From assembly GCA_036733165.1 (NCBI GenBank), contig DAINBB010000005.1:5547-69546 (forward strand): 64,000 nucleotides of DNA. The letters run 5' to 3'. Source of the stretch: Halobacteria archaeon (GTDB taxonomy: Archaea; Methanobacteriota_B; Thermococci; Methanofastidiosales; NM3). A program made the position numbers and the translations under genes. The notes under the pieces were generated by a model. The model made no database searches, had not been told where the DNA came from, and was given only the letters and a program-made list of their open reading frames with translations. Below, in pieces: positions 29,251 through 39,179 of this stretch (the stretch's first letter is position 1; the number at the start of each line of letters is the position of its first letter).

Positions 29251-30638
29251 GAGATGATCACCCCTTCCTCCTCGGTGATCGAATCAGTGGCCTCGTCCTT
29301 TGTTGAGAACATCGGGGCGTTGCAACCTCTTTTGGCCATTTCGGAGCCAAGCTCCCCGTACAGCGCCACATTCCTCCCATCTAAAATATGGCATTTGAGC
29401 ATCGATGAAAGACCATCGAAGTCCACCTTTCCGCATGTTGTCTTGGAGAGCCCCCCTATCAGCAGGGACAGCCGTCTCCTTGTGAGCTCTGCATAGTCCT
29501 TGGCCTCGACGATGGCATTGTCGATCGTCTCCTTCGATGTGGCGGTCGATGAGATGATAGTGCATCCGCATCTGTTCGATGCGACAAGTCTGTTGTCTGG
29601 CGGCACGCTCTTCTCCAACCCTTCTACAATCGATAGTTCATCCATATTCATTGACAGTGCTATTGATGCTGCCGCAAGGAAGTTAGAGACGGCGCTCCTC
29701 CCAAAATAGGACCTGTTGGGTGAGAACTCCATCGTCGTGTCGATTTGATTGCCCTTGACCGTACTTAGATTGCTCACGTCGATAGTCAATCTTCCGGTAT
29801 CCGGATTGAGCGCCTTTTTGTCCGCCACGACATTTCCATCCCCCTCGACAGAGAACATATTCGTCTTGGACGGCGCCATCATCTCCATCCTTCTTGTCGG
29901 GTCGTCATCGCCGTTGAGGCAGAGGACGGATGTCGGACGGATGTACTGTGCCATCTGGGCCTTTGAGAAGAACGAGCTCCTGTTCACGCCCACCCTTAGG
30001 TGCAGCGGAACGCCCAGCACCGCGCATACCGATCCTATTCCAAGTCCGCCGAGAGATATCTCAAAGACATAGTTCTTTGGATTGTACCCAGATTCCCTTG
30101 TTATCCTGACAGCCTTCAAGGCGTAGGCGGGGGTGATGCTGCCGTTTCCATCCAAAATGCGGACATTGTCCCCCTCGACCACCTTCACGCCCTTGCTGGA
30201 CATGACCATGCTTTCCTCCCCGTCACGGACCAGGATGGATTCAAGATGCGTGACCGTCGTGGTCTTTCCGTAGGCGCCTGTGATCTCCACTATCCTGCAT
30301 TTTCCCAACATATCGGATAGGATGAGCCCGGTGGCCCTTGCATGGGTAAGGAGCGGTATCCCCTCCTCCCCGCAAAACTGGGTTATGTCCTCTCTGTTCG
30401 GGGAGTACTGCATGGTGACGAGGTGCGGGTCTGCGGTCACCAGTGCGTCGTTGAAGGTCTTGAACACAGGTATCGAACTGGCTGAAAGGCATGCCAGTTC
30501 CTCTTTTTTGAGGGTACCATGGACATCGACGGCTGTAACATTGGCTCCGTATCTTGAGTACGAATCGCATAGCTCCATTCCGCCATGGGTCATGTCGACA
30601 ACGACAACGTTTTTGCCCCTTATCCTTTCGATGTACAT
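29238..30638 (-). CDS. cfbE: coenzyme F430 synthetase (Mur ligase family) CfbE
   Basis: 466 aa; Mur-ligase middle-domain P-loop (ITGAYGKTTT). Confidence 0.8.
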   Translation of the reverse strand: MYIERIRGKNVVVVDMTHGGMELCDSYSRYGANVTAVDVHGTLKKEELACLSASSIPVFKTFNDALVTADPHLVTMQYSPNREDITQFCGEEGIPLLTHARATGLILSDMLGKCRIVEITGAYGKTTTVTHLESILVRDGEESMVMSSKGVKVVEGDNVRILDGNGSITPAYALKAVRITRESGYNPKNYVFEISLGGLGIGSVCAVLGVPLHLRVGVNRSSFFSKAQMAQYIRPTSVLCLNGDDDPTRRMEMMAPSKTNMFSVEGDGNVVADKKALNPDTGRLTIDVSNLSTVKGNQIDTTMEFSPNRSYFGRSAVSNFLAAASIALSMNMDELSIVEGLEKSVPPDNRLVASNRCGCTIISSTATSKETIDNAIVEAKDYAELTRRRLSLLIGGLSKTTCGKVDFDGLSSMLKCHILDGRNVALYGELGSEMAKRGCNAPMFSTKDEATDSITEEEGVIISCTN

Positions 30639-31036
30639 CTTTTCACTGTTTCACAAGCCCTGTCGTTGATGATGTCCACAAGCCTGTCGTCCGCACCGAA
30701 AGGATCGGAGTAGTAGAATCTCCTTATCTTGCCGTTTATCTCCATATCCTTTACCTTTTCTCCATTCTCTAGTCCCAGGATCGCTGGCACGTCCTCCTTG
30801 ATGTGGACTCCGGGCGCGACAAACACCGGCGCCATCACGATGGACGTCACCCTCGGGTCCTGGCAGACGTTCTCTATGGCGTCCTTTATGGAGGGCGTGT
30901 TCATGTTCATGAAGGAATATGACACAGCATCCCATTTGGAACCTTTCTTTAACTTGTCTGCAAGCGCAGATACTACTTCCTTGTTATGTGGCATGGAGCT
31001 TCCATGGCCCACCAGAATTATTGCTCTCATCTCCAT
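30620..31036 (-). CDS. cfbA: sirohydrochlorin nickelochelatase (small CbiX-type) CfbA
   Basis: 138 aa; CbiX(S) class II chelatase with catalytic His (VGHGSS); first gene of the operon, AT-rich promoter region upstream (31040-31480). Confidence 0.85.
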   Translation of the reverse strand: MEMRAIILVGHGSSMPHNKEVVSALADKLKKGSKWDAVSYSFMNMNTPSIKDAIENVCQDPRVTSIVMAPVFVAPGVHIKEDVPAILGLENGEKVKDMEINGKIRRFYYSDPFGADDRLVDIINDRACETVKRCTSKG

Positions 31037-31487
31037 ATCAATTCCACCTTATGCGGCATGTGGGTATTATGGCACCAATTTGGGTCGTATTGATGCCATT
31101 CTGACATTCGGGTCCAGCTTGATATTTTTGGAGGGAAAATGAAGTTCCAATGAGTCGGACACTTTGTTCTATGTCACTTTATACCCTTTTATATGCCATT
31201 TGTGTTATTTTACTATATTTTGTGTTACTATTTTCCCTGTTTTTTCTTTTTATAAAAGCTTTATGTAACATATTATTTTAGAAGGTAACACATATACTGA
31301 ATCAGAATAATAAAAATCAGAAAACGAAGAACAGGGGAATCATATCTGGAATAACATCCGTGCCACGGCGGCAGTTGTGGGATGTCCCATGATGAGATTC
31401 TGCCCTTCAGACACGTTACATGAAAATAAATGGAAAAGAGTTCTTCAGGACTGCGGCCTGAAGAATCGGATGCAAGATGGAAGAAGA

Positions 31488-32513
31488 TTACTTCTTCTTC
31501 ATGTACTCGTTCAGCACTTCCTTTCTCATCGAGGCGTATTCCTCCTCGTTGATGAGCTGTTTGTCCAGCAGGTCCTTGAGCTCAACCAGCTTCTCCTCGA
31601 GGCTCTTCTCCCTGGGCGCCGCCTGCTGCACCGTACCGGCAACGCCCGCGACGGGTGCCGCCCCTTGTTGAGGTGCTCCGTAATAGGGCTGATTGCCGAA
31701 GATCTGCGGCACTGCCACGATGCCCGCGCCCACGCCCGCGCCCGATGACTGTCCGAGCCCTCTCATGCTCTCAACGACCTTGATCATGTCAAGGGCCTTG
31801 TCCATCTCCCCAGCCTGCATGGCAGCCATGAGCGGCACGCCGTATGTCGGGTCCTCCTCCTCGAGCTTCTCGAGGTATGGGAACGTGAAACTGCCGAACT
31901 TGGTCTCAAGAAGCCTCATCCCCCTGTTCTGGAACTGCTTTCCTATGCCCGCCCTCAGGGCCGTGGTGACATCGAAGAGCTTTGACTGCACGGTCACCAG
32001 GTCAAGCTTGGACAGCTCCTCTATGGCGGCCTGAACGAAGAAGTTCCTGACAAAGTTGTTGATGAATGTGGTATCGAGTTCTGCTACGCCCCCCACCACC
32101 TGGGTGAGGAAGAGCGTAGGGTCGTCTATCCTGTACCAGTAGTCCCCGTAGGTCTGAGCCTCGGTCATCCAGGCAAGCTTCGTCCTGCTTATCGGCAATC
32201 TGAAGTTCAGGCCGAACTTGCCCTGCTGCTGCTTGGTCGAGATGAACACGATGTCCACCTTGAAGGGCGATTCGCCATAACCGGCCAGCATCCTGAAGGC
32301 CTTGGTCAGCAGCGGCACGTTCATTGTGGTGACAACATGCCTTCCGGGAACGAAGATGTCGTATATCTTTCCATCCCTCATGAAGACACATGTCTCGTAT
32401 TCCCTCACAACCAGTTGCGAGCCCCATCTCACATCCTTGTGAGGATATACCCATACGAGATCGTCGGAATCGGGGCTCTCCCATTCTATAACATTGGTCT
32501 TATCCTGTGCCAT
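31488..32513 (-). CDS. SPFH/band-7 domain protein with Gly/Ala/Gln-rich linker and C-terminal SHOCT-like helix
   Basis: 341 aa; SPFH core, low-complexity GAGVGAG/QQGAAP linker, C-terminal LINEEEYASMRKEVL motif. Confidence 0.65.
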   Translation of the reverse strand: MAQDKTNVIEWESPDSDDLVWVYPHKDVRWGSQLVVREYETCVFMRDGKIYDIFVPGRHVVTTMNVPLLTKAFRMLAGYGESPFKVDIVFISTKQQQGKFGLNFRLPISRTKLAWMTEAQTYGDYWYRIDDPTLFLTQVVGGVAELDTTFINNFVRNFFVQAAIEELSKLDLVTVQSKLFDVTTALRAGIGKQFQNRGMRLLETKFGSFTFPYLEKLEEEDPTYGVPLMAAMQAGEMDKALDMIKVVESMRGLGQSSGAGVGAGIVAVPQIFGNQPYYGAPQQGAAPVAGVAGTVQQAAPREKSLEEKLVELKDLLDKQLINEEEYASMRKEVLNEYMKKK

Positions 32514-32517
32514 TTGA

Positions 32518-33054
32518 TCACTCCGGCAGCTCTAACATGTAATTGCTCCTGTTGGAGAACGTAGACTCAAGCTCGCCGATGAGCACATACAGTTCTCTGG
32601 AAAGTTCCTCCTCGCTTTCATTGTTGAGAACCTGGGTCTTGAGGTCGTTCGTCTTCTCCAAGATGGCCTTGGTTATATCAAGTAACTCTGCGTCGAACTC
32701 GACAAGCCTCTCCAACGCCTTATCGCCTACCTTGATAGGGTCGAACATGGGACTGTATCCGCTCTCTGCATGAGATATCTTCTGTTCCAGCGCGTCAAGC
32801 TTGAGATTTATCTTGTCGACTGTCACGATGTTCTTGTCGCCCGTTGCCATGAGATCGAACACCTCAGAGATGTTGTTGTAGCTTTCCCTTAAAACTTTAG
32901 CAACATTCTGCCTGACCAATATGTCTGTGTTCCTGACCTTCTCCTGGTCTGCGTATCCCCTGTATCCGGGAATATAGTTGGACACCTTTTCGAAAAGTGA
33001 TTTTTCGTCCATGGCGCGGTCGACATAGTCATAATTCTTATTGTCCTCGACCAT
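32518..33054 (-). CDS. hypothetical soluble protein, probably co-transcribed with the SPFH gene
   Basis: 179 aa from ATG 33054; 4-bp gap to the SPFH start; no recognisable motif. Confidence 0.4.
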   Translation of the reverse strand: MVEDNKNYDYVDRAMDEKSLFEKVSNYIPGYRGYADQEKVRNTDILVRQNVAKVLRESYNNISEVFDLMATGDKNIVTVDKINLKLDALEQKISHAESGYSPMFDPIKVGDKALERLVEFDAELLDITKAILEKTNDLKTQVLNNESEEELSRELYVLIGELESTFSNRSNYMLELPE

Positions 33055-33251
33055 AAAGATAATACTGCCGTGACGTATAAATATATTGCCTTTTTCCATT
33101 TTACACGTCAAGGCTGTGGTTCAGGCGTCAAGTATTTATTATAAAATATAAAACTCTTCCCGAGCAATATAAATGTGTAAAAATATCGCTTAAAGGCCAA
33201 ATATGGGGAAAGTATTCGTGATTTCCCCGGTACCTTTTTCCCCGTATTTGG

Positions 33252-33692
33252 CTAATTCTCCTCTTTCTTTATCGCGATTACCTCTACCTCGAAGTTGAGG
33301 TCCTTGCCCGCTAGGGGAAGATTTGGGTCCAACTTGATCTTGTCATCAGTAACTTCGATGATAACGAACTCTATCGCATCGTCCTCGTTCTCGCCGATCA
33401 ACAGAACCTCCCCGACCTCGATCTTCAGATCTGGGGGAAGATTTGATCTCAATATCTCCTGCACAAGGTCATCATGGTACTCGCCATAGGCATCCTTTGC
33501 CTCCAATCTGAACTTCTTCTTCTCAAAGGTCTTCATCCCCTTGATCTCATCTTCAAAGGCAGGGATTATGTTTCCCGCACCTACCTTGAAAACAAGCGGT
33601 TCTTCATTCAAGGTGGTATCGAACACATGCCCATTGTCCAGGGTACCAGTATAGTGTACCATCACAGTGTCTCCGTTTTCAACTACTTCCAT
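33252..33692 (-). CDS. FKBP-type peptidyl-prolyl cis-trans isomerase (SlyD-like)
   Basis: 146 aa from ATG 33692 (MEVVENGDTVMVHYTGTLDNGHVFDT...) with IF-insertion region. Confidence 0.8.
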   Translation of the reverse strand: MEVVENGDTVMVHYTGTLDNGHVFDTTLNEEPLVFKVGAGNIIPAFEDEIKGMKTFEKKKFRLEAKDAYGEYHDDLVQEILRSNLPPDLKIEVGEVLLIGENEDDAIEFVIIEVTDDKIKLDPNLPLAGKDLNFEVEVIAIKKEEN

Positions 33693-33870
33693 TTTAACAC
33701 TCCAATCATACCTAAAATACGATTCATTTATCAGTCTTTTGCTTTCTTTCATTATAATCTAATCATATTTTAAAAAAATTAAGGCGCAAAAGGACATGGC
33801 CGAAAAGGAAAAACTATATGTATTATAATCGGATATTCCGACTCAATTAAACCCTTTCGCGTGTTGAATC

Positions 33871-36435
33871 ATGGAAGATGCAAGCAAATCAGTCAAATAT
33901 CATGCCTTCTCTCCCGATAGTGCCCTCAAGGCACTTGACACATCCATCAACGGGCTTGGCCCGGAGGAAGCCTCTAAAAGATTACTGTCCTATGGGCCCA
34001 ATATCCTGGAGCAGAAGGGCGGCGTTTCGAGGTTGTCCCTCTTCATCTCGCAGTTCAAGGACTTCTTGATCCTCATACTGGTCATTGCGGCCGCGATCTC
34101 CTTTGCTGTCGGTGACATCTCAGACTCGGTATTGATCGTTGTGATCATCATAGGGAACGCCCTTCTCGGTTTCGTCCAGGAGTACAAGGCCGAGAGGTCG
34201 ATAGAGTCCCTCAAGGACTTCCTTTCGCCAAAGACCATAGTGTTGCGCGATGGAGAGAAGGCGGAGATAGATGCGAAGGATCTGGTCCCGGGAGACATCG
34301 TGGTGCTGGAGTCCGGAGACCGTGTCCCCGCCGATTCAAGGATATTGAACTGTGAGGACCTCATGGCGGACGAGTCCATGCTCACGGGGGAATCGATGCC
34401 TGTCGAGAAGACAGTGGAATCCGTGCCCGGGGACAGCATGCTCGCCGACAGAAGGGACGTGGTGTTCATGGGGACCAACATCGTGAGGGGTTGGGCGAAC
34501 GTCTTGGTGGTCGACACCGGCATGTCCACACAGATGGGTTCCATAGCAAGGCTCATTGACAGGAGGGAGGAGACCTACTTCCAAAAGAAGTTGGACAATC
34601 TTGCCAAGTTCCTCGGCAAGAGCGTGATCATCATAGCGATCATCGTATTCGCGCTTGGGGTCCTTGACGATGAACCGCTCGTTGATATGGTACTGATATC
34701 CCTCAGCCTTGCGGTGGCCGCGATACCTGAGGGACTGCCCGCCGTGGTCACGATAACATTGTCCCTGGGTGTCAGGAAGATGGCCCAGCTGAATGCGATA
34801 GTGAAAAGGCTCCCCGCCGCGGAGACCCTGGGCTCCTGCGATGTCATCTGCTCCGACAAGACCGGCACGATAACGATGAACAGGATGACTGTGAGGAAGA
34901 TATACCACATAGGGGGTGGGGCATCCATCGAGGATGTTGATGGCAGGCATCCGAACGTACGTTCAATACTCGAGGTGGGCGCCCAATGCAATACGGCCTC
35001 GTTGGAGAAGTCGATAGGGGACCCCACCGAGATAGCGTTGCTGGAGTCGGCAAGGACCAAGGGGATCGAAGGGGGGTGCATGCACCTCAAGGTCCTTCCG
35101 TTCGACTCCGAGAGGAAGAGGATGTCCGTGTTCTGCGCCAGGGAACAGGGCATAAGGATGTTCACAAAGGGAGCGACCGAAGAGACCCTCTCCGCATGTG
35201 ACAGGATATTGGACAACGGGGAGGTCAGGGAACTGACGGACGATGACAGGTCAGCGATCCTCTCAAAGAACGACGAGTACTCGTCCAATGCACTCAGGGT
35301 ACTGGGTTTCGCATACAGGGACGTCCCCGATACGAACGCCGAGGAGCGCGACATGATATTCGTCGGGATGCAGGCCATGATAGACCCGCCCAGGGAAGGC
35401 GTCAGGGAATCCATCGAACAGTGCCGCAAGGCGGGCATCAAGGTGATAATGATAACCGGCGACCATGCCATGACCGCGAAGGCCATAGCATCTGAAGTTG
35501 GGATATATCGCGAGGGCGACATCGTGCTCACAGGAAGGGAGCTTGAGGCCATGGCTCTGGGGGAGCTTGAGGCCATGGTCGAGAAGGTCTCTGTCTATGC
35601 CAGGGTGAATCCAGAGCACAAGCTCAAGATAGTGGAGGCCCTTCGCGCCAGGGGCCATGTCATATCCATGACAGGGGACGGCGTCAATGACGCGCCCGCG
35701 CTGAAGACCGCAGACATCGGCGTGGCAATGAACAGCGGCACGGACGTGTCGAAGGAGTCCTCTGATATGATACTGCTTGATGACAACTTCACGACCATCG
35801 TCACTGCGGTAGAGGAGGGCAGGCATATCTTCGACAACATCAGTAAGTTTGTGAGGTATCTCTTGGCCACGAACTTCGGCGAGGTCTTCACAATATTCCT
35901 TGCCAGCATCGTAGGTTTTCCCCTCCCTCTTGTGGCGGTCCAGATATTATGGATAAATCTCCTGACGGACGGCCTGCCCGCCCTTTCATTGGCGTTCGAA
36001 TCGAAGGAAAGGAGCATAATGAGCATGCCTCCTCACAAAAGGAAGGCAAACATAGTCGACAGGCCGATGATAGCGAACATCCTCTATATAGGCACCCTCA
36101 TGGCCGTTGGCACGCTTTATCTTTATTCTGTCGCGGAGGCCGACAAGGCAATGACGTATGCGTTCACCACCCTGGTGATGTTCCAGCTGTTCAATGTCTT
36201 CAACTGCAGGTCCTTCAAGGATTCTGTAATATCCGGGGGCAGGAATCTCATCTTGTTCGGTGCGGTGTTGTTTTCCTTTGCAGCCCAGCTCTGCGTCATC
36301 TATATATCCCCCCTGTCGAAGGTGTTCTACACCGTCGCCCTTGACCTTGGGGACTGGGCCATGATACTGGCTGCCGCATCATCCGTCATCATAGTGGAAG
36401 AGATAAGGAAGGCGGTCCAGAGGTCCTTTAGATAG
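33871..36435 (+). CDS. P-type cation-transporting ATPase (P2-type, Ca2+-ATPase-like)
   Basis: 854 aa; DKTGTIT phosphorylation motif, TGDGVNDAPAL hinge, 10 TM helices. Confidence 0.9.
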   Translation: MEDASKSVKYHAFSPDSALKALDTSINGLGPEEASKRLLSYGPNILEQKGGVSRLSLFISQFKDFLILILVIAAAISFAVGDISDSVLIVVIIIGNALLGFVQEYKAERSIESLKDFLSPKTIVLRDGEKAEIDAKDLVPGDIVVLESGDRVPADSRILNCEDLMADESMLTGESMPVEKTVESVPGDSMLADRRDVVFMGTNIVRGWANVLVVDTGMSTQMGSIARLIDRREETYFQKKLDNLAKFLGKSVIIIAIIVFALGVLDDEPLVDMVLISLSLAVAAIPEGLPAVVTITLSLGVRKMAQLNAIVKRLPAAETLGSCDVICSDKTGTITMNRMTVRKIYHIGGGASIEDVDGRHPNVRSILEVGAQCNTASLEKSIGDPTEIALLESARTKGIEGGCMHLKVLPFDSERKRMSVFCAREQGIRMFTKGATEETLSACDRILDNGEVRELTDDDRSAILSKNDEYSSNALRVLGFAYRDVPDTNAEERDMIFVGMQAMIDPPREGVRESIEQCRKAGIKVIMITGDHAMTAKAIASEVGIYREGDIVLTGRELEAMALGELEAMVEKVSVYARVNPEHKLKIVEALRARGHVISMTGDGVNDAPALKTADIGVAMNSGTDVSKESSDMILLDDNFTTIVTAVEEGRHIFDNISKFVRYLLATNFGEVFTIFLASIVGFPLPLVAVQILWINLLTDGLPALSLAFESKERSIMSMPPHKRKANIVDRPMIANILYIGTLMAVGTLYLYSVAEADKAMTYAFTTLVMFQLFNVFNCRSFKDSVISGGRNLILFGAVLFSFAAQLCVIYISPLSKVFYTVALDLGDWAMILAAASSVIIVEEIRKAVQRSFR

Positions 36436-36444
36436 ATTTATAAC

Positions 36445-36804
36445 ATGGCCCGACAATTTTTGAGTATGAGGCCCCTCAGTTTTTTTGGTTTGCTGCTGAT
36501 GCTATTGATAGTGTCCTCCAGCGGATGCGTTGTTTCGATACGCACGCCGGTGGGGGAGGGCCCCGAGGTCATAGAGCTTATGATCGGGGAGACCGTCACC
36601 ATAGGCGGTCATGAGGTCACATGCCGGGACATAAGCATCTTTGACACAAGTGCCATTCTGTGCATAGATGGTGAAATAGTCATGGTCAAGGACCTGGGGA
36701 TGATAGACCTTCCCAATAGTATCGACAACATAGGGATGGAGTTGGTCACGATAACCAATGACGATGGCACGCATTCGATAGAGATTGCCTACTGGAACGT
36801 CTGA
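36445..36804 (+). CDS. small secreted/lipoprotein of unknown function
   Basis: 119 aa; signal peptide with lipobox-like SSSGC. Confidence 0.45.
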   Translation: MARQFLSMRPLSFFGLLLMLLIVSSSGCVVSIRTPVGEGPEVIELMIGETVTIGGHEVTCRDISIFDTSAILCIDGEIVMVKDLGMIDLPNSIDNIGMELVTITNDDGTHSIEIAYWNV

Positions 36805-36817
36805 TAAAACGACTTGC

Positions 36818-36833
36818 CATGGCAGCTGCCATG
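36818..36833. other. perfect 16-bp palindrome catggcagctgccatg followed by GC-rich tract, 3' of the lipoprotein gene
   Basis: read directly; could be a hairpin terminator or a protein-binding dyad. Confidence 0.3.
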
Positions 36834-36928
36834 CATGGCCGCGAGCGGGTCGTGCCCCGTGACCCCATTCTCCCGCCCAGTGTTTCTTTCCTTACACAGA
36901 ATTCATTGGTATAATTAATAAAACATGC

Positions 36929-38098
36929 ATGCAAGTATGTTCTATGTTAATGCCGAATTATCAGGATGGCAGCATAGTCAACATCATGTCGACAATGGAG
37001 GAGGCATATGGCCTGGAACACGCTTATGGCACGTTAAAGGGCCTTGATCCTGGAGAGATCGGGGAATTCAGGAACGTGGTCTTCATTCTCATCGATGGTC
37101 TTGGATATCAATACCTTGGGACGCATCAGAGGGACAGTTTCATCCATGATAAGGTCCTGACGAGGATCACTTCGGTCTTCCCAACGACCACATCCGCCTC
37201 CATCACGTCATTGGCCACAGGAGTCGCGCCCCAGCAACATGCGGTTACTGGCTGGTTCATGCACCTCAAGGAGGTTGGCGTTGTTTCACAGATATTACCG
37301 TTCAACCCACGGATCGGGGGGATGATGTTCAGCGACATAGGCCTCACCCCTTCCATGTTCATAGACCGTGGCCTGATATTCGATAGGCTGCCAGTGGATT
37401 GCACGTGCATCATAAAGGACGACATCATAGCCTCCGCCTTCTCTAGCTTTATGGCCGGCATGTCGGAGAGGGTGGCATATGTAGGTCTAGAAGGATTTTT
37501 CAAAAGGATAAGGGAGGCTTGTGCCGGCGAGCATCCCAAGAGATTCATATATGCGTATTGGTCCCATTTTGACACGCTCTGTCACCTCTATGGTGTCGAC
37601 AATGAAGCGACCCATGCGCACTTCAGGGAGATAGATGATGGCCTCAGGTCACTCTACGAAGACCTTTCGGGCAGCGACACGTGCATAATTGTCACTGCCG
37701 ACCATGGGCAGCTTGACGTGACGGATGAGACGACGGTCCAGCTGTCGGACCATCCCAGTATACTTAATTGCATGACGCTGCCCATATGCGGGGAGGCCAG
37801 GGCGGCATTCTGTTACGTCAGACCCCGTCTTGCCAATAGCTTTGAGAGATATGTTGAAGATGAGCTCGGTGAGTACTGTGCGCTTCTCAAGGGCCATGAG
37901 ATGATCGAAGAAGGCTTCTTTGGGTCTGGAGAACCTAATCCAAGGCTTTTTGACAGGGTCGGCGACTATGTTCTCATGATGAAGGATAACTACGTGATCA
38001 GGGATAGGCTTCTTGGTGAAAGGGAACATGTGCTCAAGGGGTATCATGGGGGTCTCGACAGCGAAGAGCTCTATGTCCCATTGCTCTACCTGACCTAA
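36929..38098 (+). CDS. alkaline-phosphatase-superfamily protein (nucleotide pyrophosphatase/phosphodiesterase-like)
   Basis: 389 aa; metal-site motifs ILIDGLGYQYL and FPTTTSASITSLATGVAPQQHAVTGW as in type I phosphodiesterase/NPP family. Confidence 0.6.
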   Translation: MQVCSMLMPNYQDGSIVNIMSTMEEAYGLEHAYGTLKGLDPGEIGEFRNVVFILIDGLGYQYLGTHQRDSFIHDKVLTRITSVFPTTTSASITSLATGVAPQQHAVTGWFMHLKEVGVVSQILPFNPRIGGMMFSDIGLTPSMFIDRGLIFDRLPVDCTCIIKDDIIASAFSSFMAGMSERVAYVGLEGFFKRIREACAGEHPKRFIYAYWSHFDTLCHLYGVDNEATHAHFREIDDGLRSLYEDLSGSDTCIIVTADHGQLDVTDETTVQLSDHPSILNCMTLPICGEARAAFCYVRPRLANSFERYVEDELGEYCALLKGHEMIEEGFFGSGEPNPRLFDRVGDYVLMMKDNYVIRDRLLGEREHVLKGYHGGLDSEELYVPLLYLT

Positions 38099-38691
38099 AA
38101 GAAGTGGACGAGCCCATCATAGGCAAAATATATGCCAAAGACCACAAGTATCGCGACCGATACAAGGGTGAGGGCCCTCTCCGCTTTCCTGCCGAGCGTT
38201 CTGGACGATTTATTTGACATCAGCGAGACGAATTCGAGCCACACCATGTCACACATCTCATGTATGATGATGAACATCACGAGACCGATGATCCCGAAGG
38301 CGATCGATTGCAGGATAAGATGGAAACCGATTGTCAGCCACCAGATGATGAAGTAGGGATTGAGGGAGCTCATCAGCAGTCCTGAGATTATTCCCTTCGT
38401 AGGCCTTGTACGCTCCTCTGATGAGTATTCGGAGTAGGCGAAGTAGAGCAGCACGATGCCCCCGACAAGTCCGATGGCCGCCTTGATGTCGTTGGTGATC
38501 ACAACATTTCCGAACAGGAACAGGGCGAGTATTATTGGGATTTCAACGCTTGCGTGTCCCAGGGATATGAAGAATCCGGCAAACTTGTTGTTCTTTCCCT
38601 CGGCCATGGTCACTGCAAGCAGTGGTCCTGGCGCCAGGACCCCGCTTAGTGATATCAAGAATACGCTGGCCATAAATGCCAAGAACTCCAT
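38095..38691 (-). CDS. LysE/RhtB-family amino-acid exporter
   Basis: about 198 aa, 6 TM helices; ATG at 38691 (GTG 38697 in track). Confidence 0.7.
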   Translation of the reverse strand: MEFLAFMASVFLISLSGVLAPGPLLAVTMAEGKNNKFAGFFISLGHASVEIPIILALFLFGNVVITNDIKAAIGLVGGIVLLYFAYSEYSSEERTRPTKGIISGLLMSSLNPYFIIWWLTIGFHLILQSIAFGIIGLVMFIIIHEMCDMVWLEFVSLMSNKSSRTLGRKAERALTLVSVAILVVFGIYFAYDGLVHFF

Positions 38692-38795
38692 GGACACCTC
38701 AAGATGCTTTCTTCTTATATTTTTTTCTATGGGTGCCGATTCAACGGCCCGGATTCATTGCATCAAAACAGAAAAATATATAAGTGTCTTAATTT

Positions 38796-38811
38796 ATTCG
38801 GAATACCGAAT
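38796..38811. promoter_or_regulatory. palindromic operator ATTCGGAATACCGAAT (ATTCG-N6-CGAAT) in the divergent lysE / feoA-1 promoter region
   Basis: inverted repeat read directly; 40 bp upstream of the feoA-1 ATG. Confidence 0.5.
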
Positions 38812-38851
38812 ACGCCTTTTATTTATAAAGACCTAATCTCAGGGACCATAC

Positions 38852-39082
38852 ATGAACGAATCAATGCCGCTTAGCATGACCAAAGAGGGAAAAAAGTGCG
38901 AGATCCTAGAGGTCAACGCCGGCAGGGGCCTTTCCAGGAGGCTGGCAGAGCTCGGATTCGTCAAAGGATCAACGGTCACGGTCACACGCTCTGAAGCAGG
39001 GGCCATGATCGTGTTCATCAACGGGCAGAGATTCGCGCTGAGCCGTGGCATAGCAATGAAGATATCTGTGAGATGTCAGTAG
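38852..39082 (+). CDS. feoA: ferrous iron transport protein A
   Basis: 76 aa SH3-like FeoA. Confidence 0.85.
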   Translation: MNESMPLSMTKEGKKCEILEVNAGRGLSRRLAELGFVKGSTVTVTRSEAGAMIVFINGQRFALSRGIAMKISVRCQ

Positions 39083-39129
39083 TTTTGGTATTCTGGAATT
39101 ATTTCGTCCGACCGAAAACTATATATATC

Positions 39130-39145
39130 ATTCGGTATACCGAAT
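39130..39145. promoter_or_regulatory. perfect 16-bp palindrome ATTCGGTATACCGAAT upstream of feoA-2, with an imperfect companion TTTCG-N6-CGAAA at 39102-39117
   Basis: perfect dyad centred on TATA, 35 bp upstream of the feoA-2 ATG. Confidence 0.5.
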
Positions 39146-39179
39146 ATAATAAGGTAAACAGAACAAGGAGCTAGGCAAG

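Noticed and set aside
34575-35576. 333-aa and other long minus-strand ORFs inside the P-type ATPase gene
   Set aside because: The plus-strand frame carries the DKTGT and GDGVNDAPAL motifs. The antisense ORFs are Ser/Ala/Met-rich artefacts.
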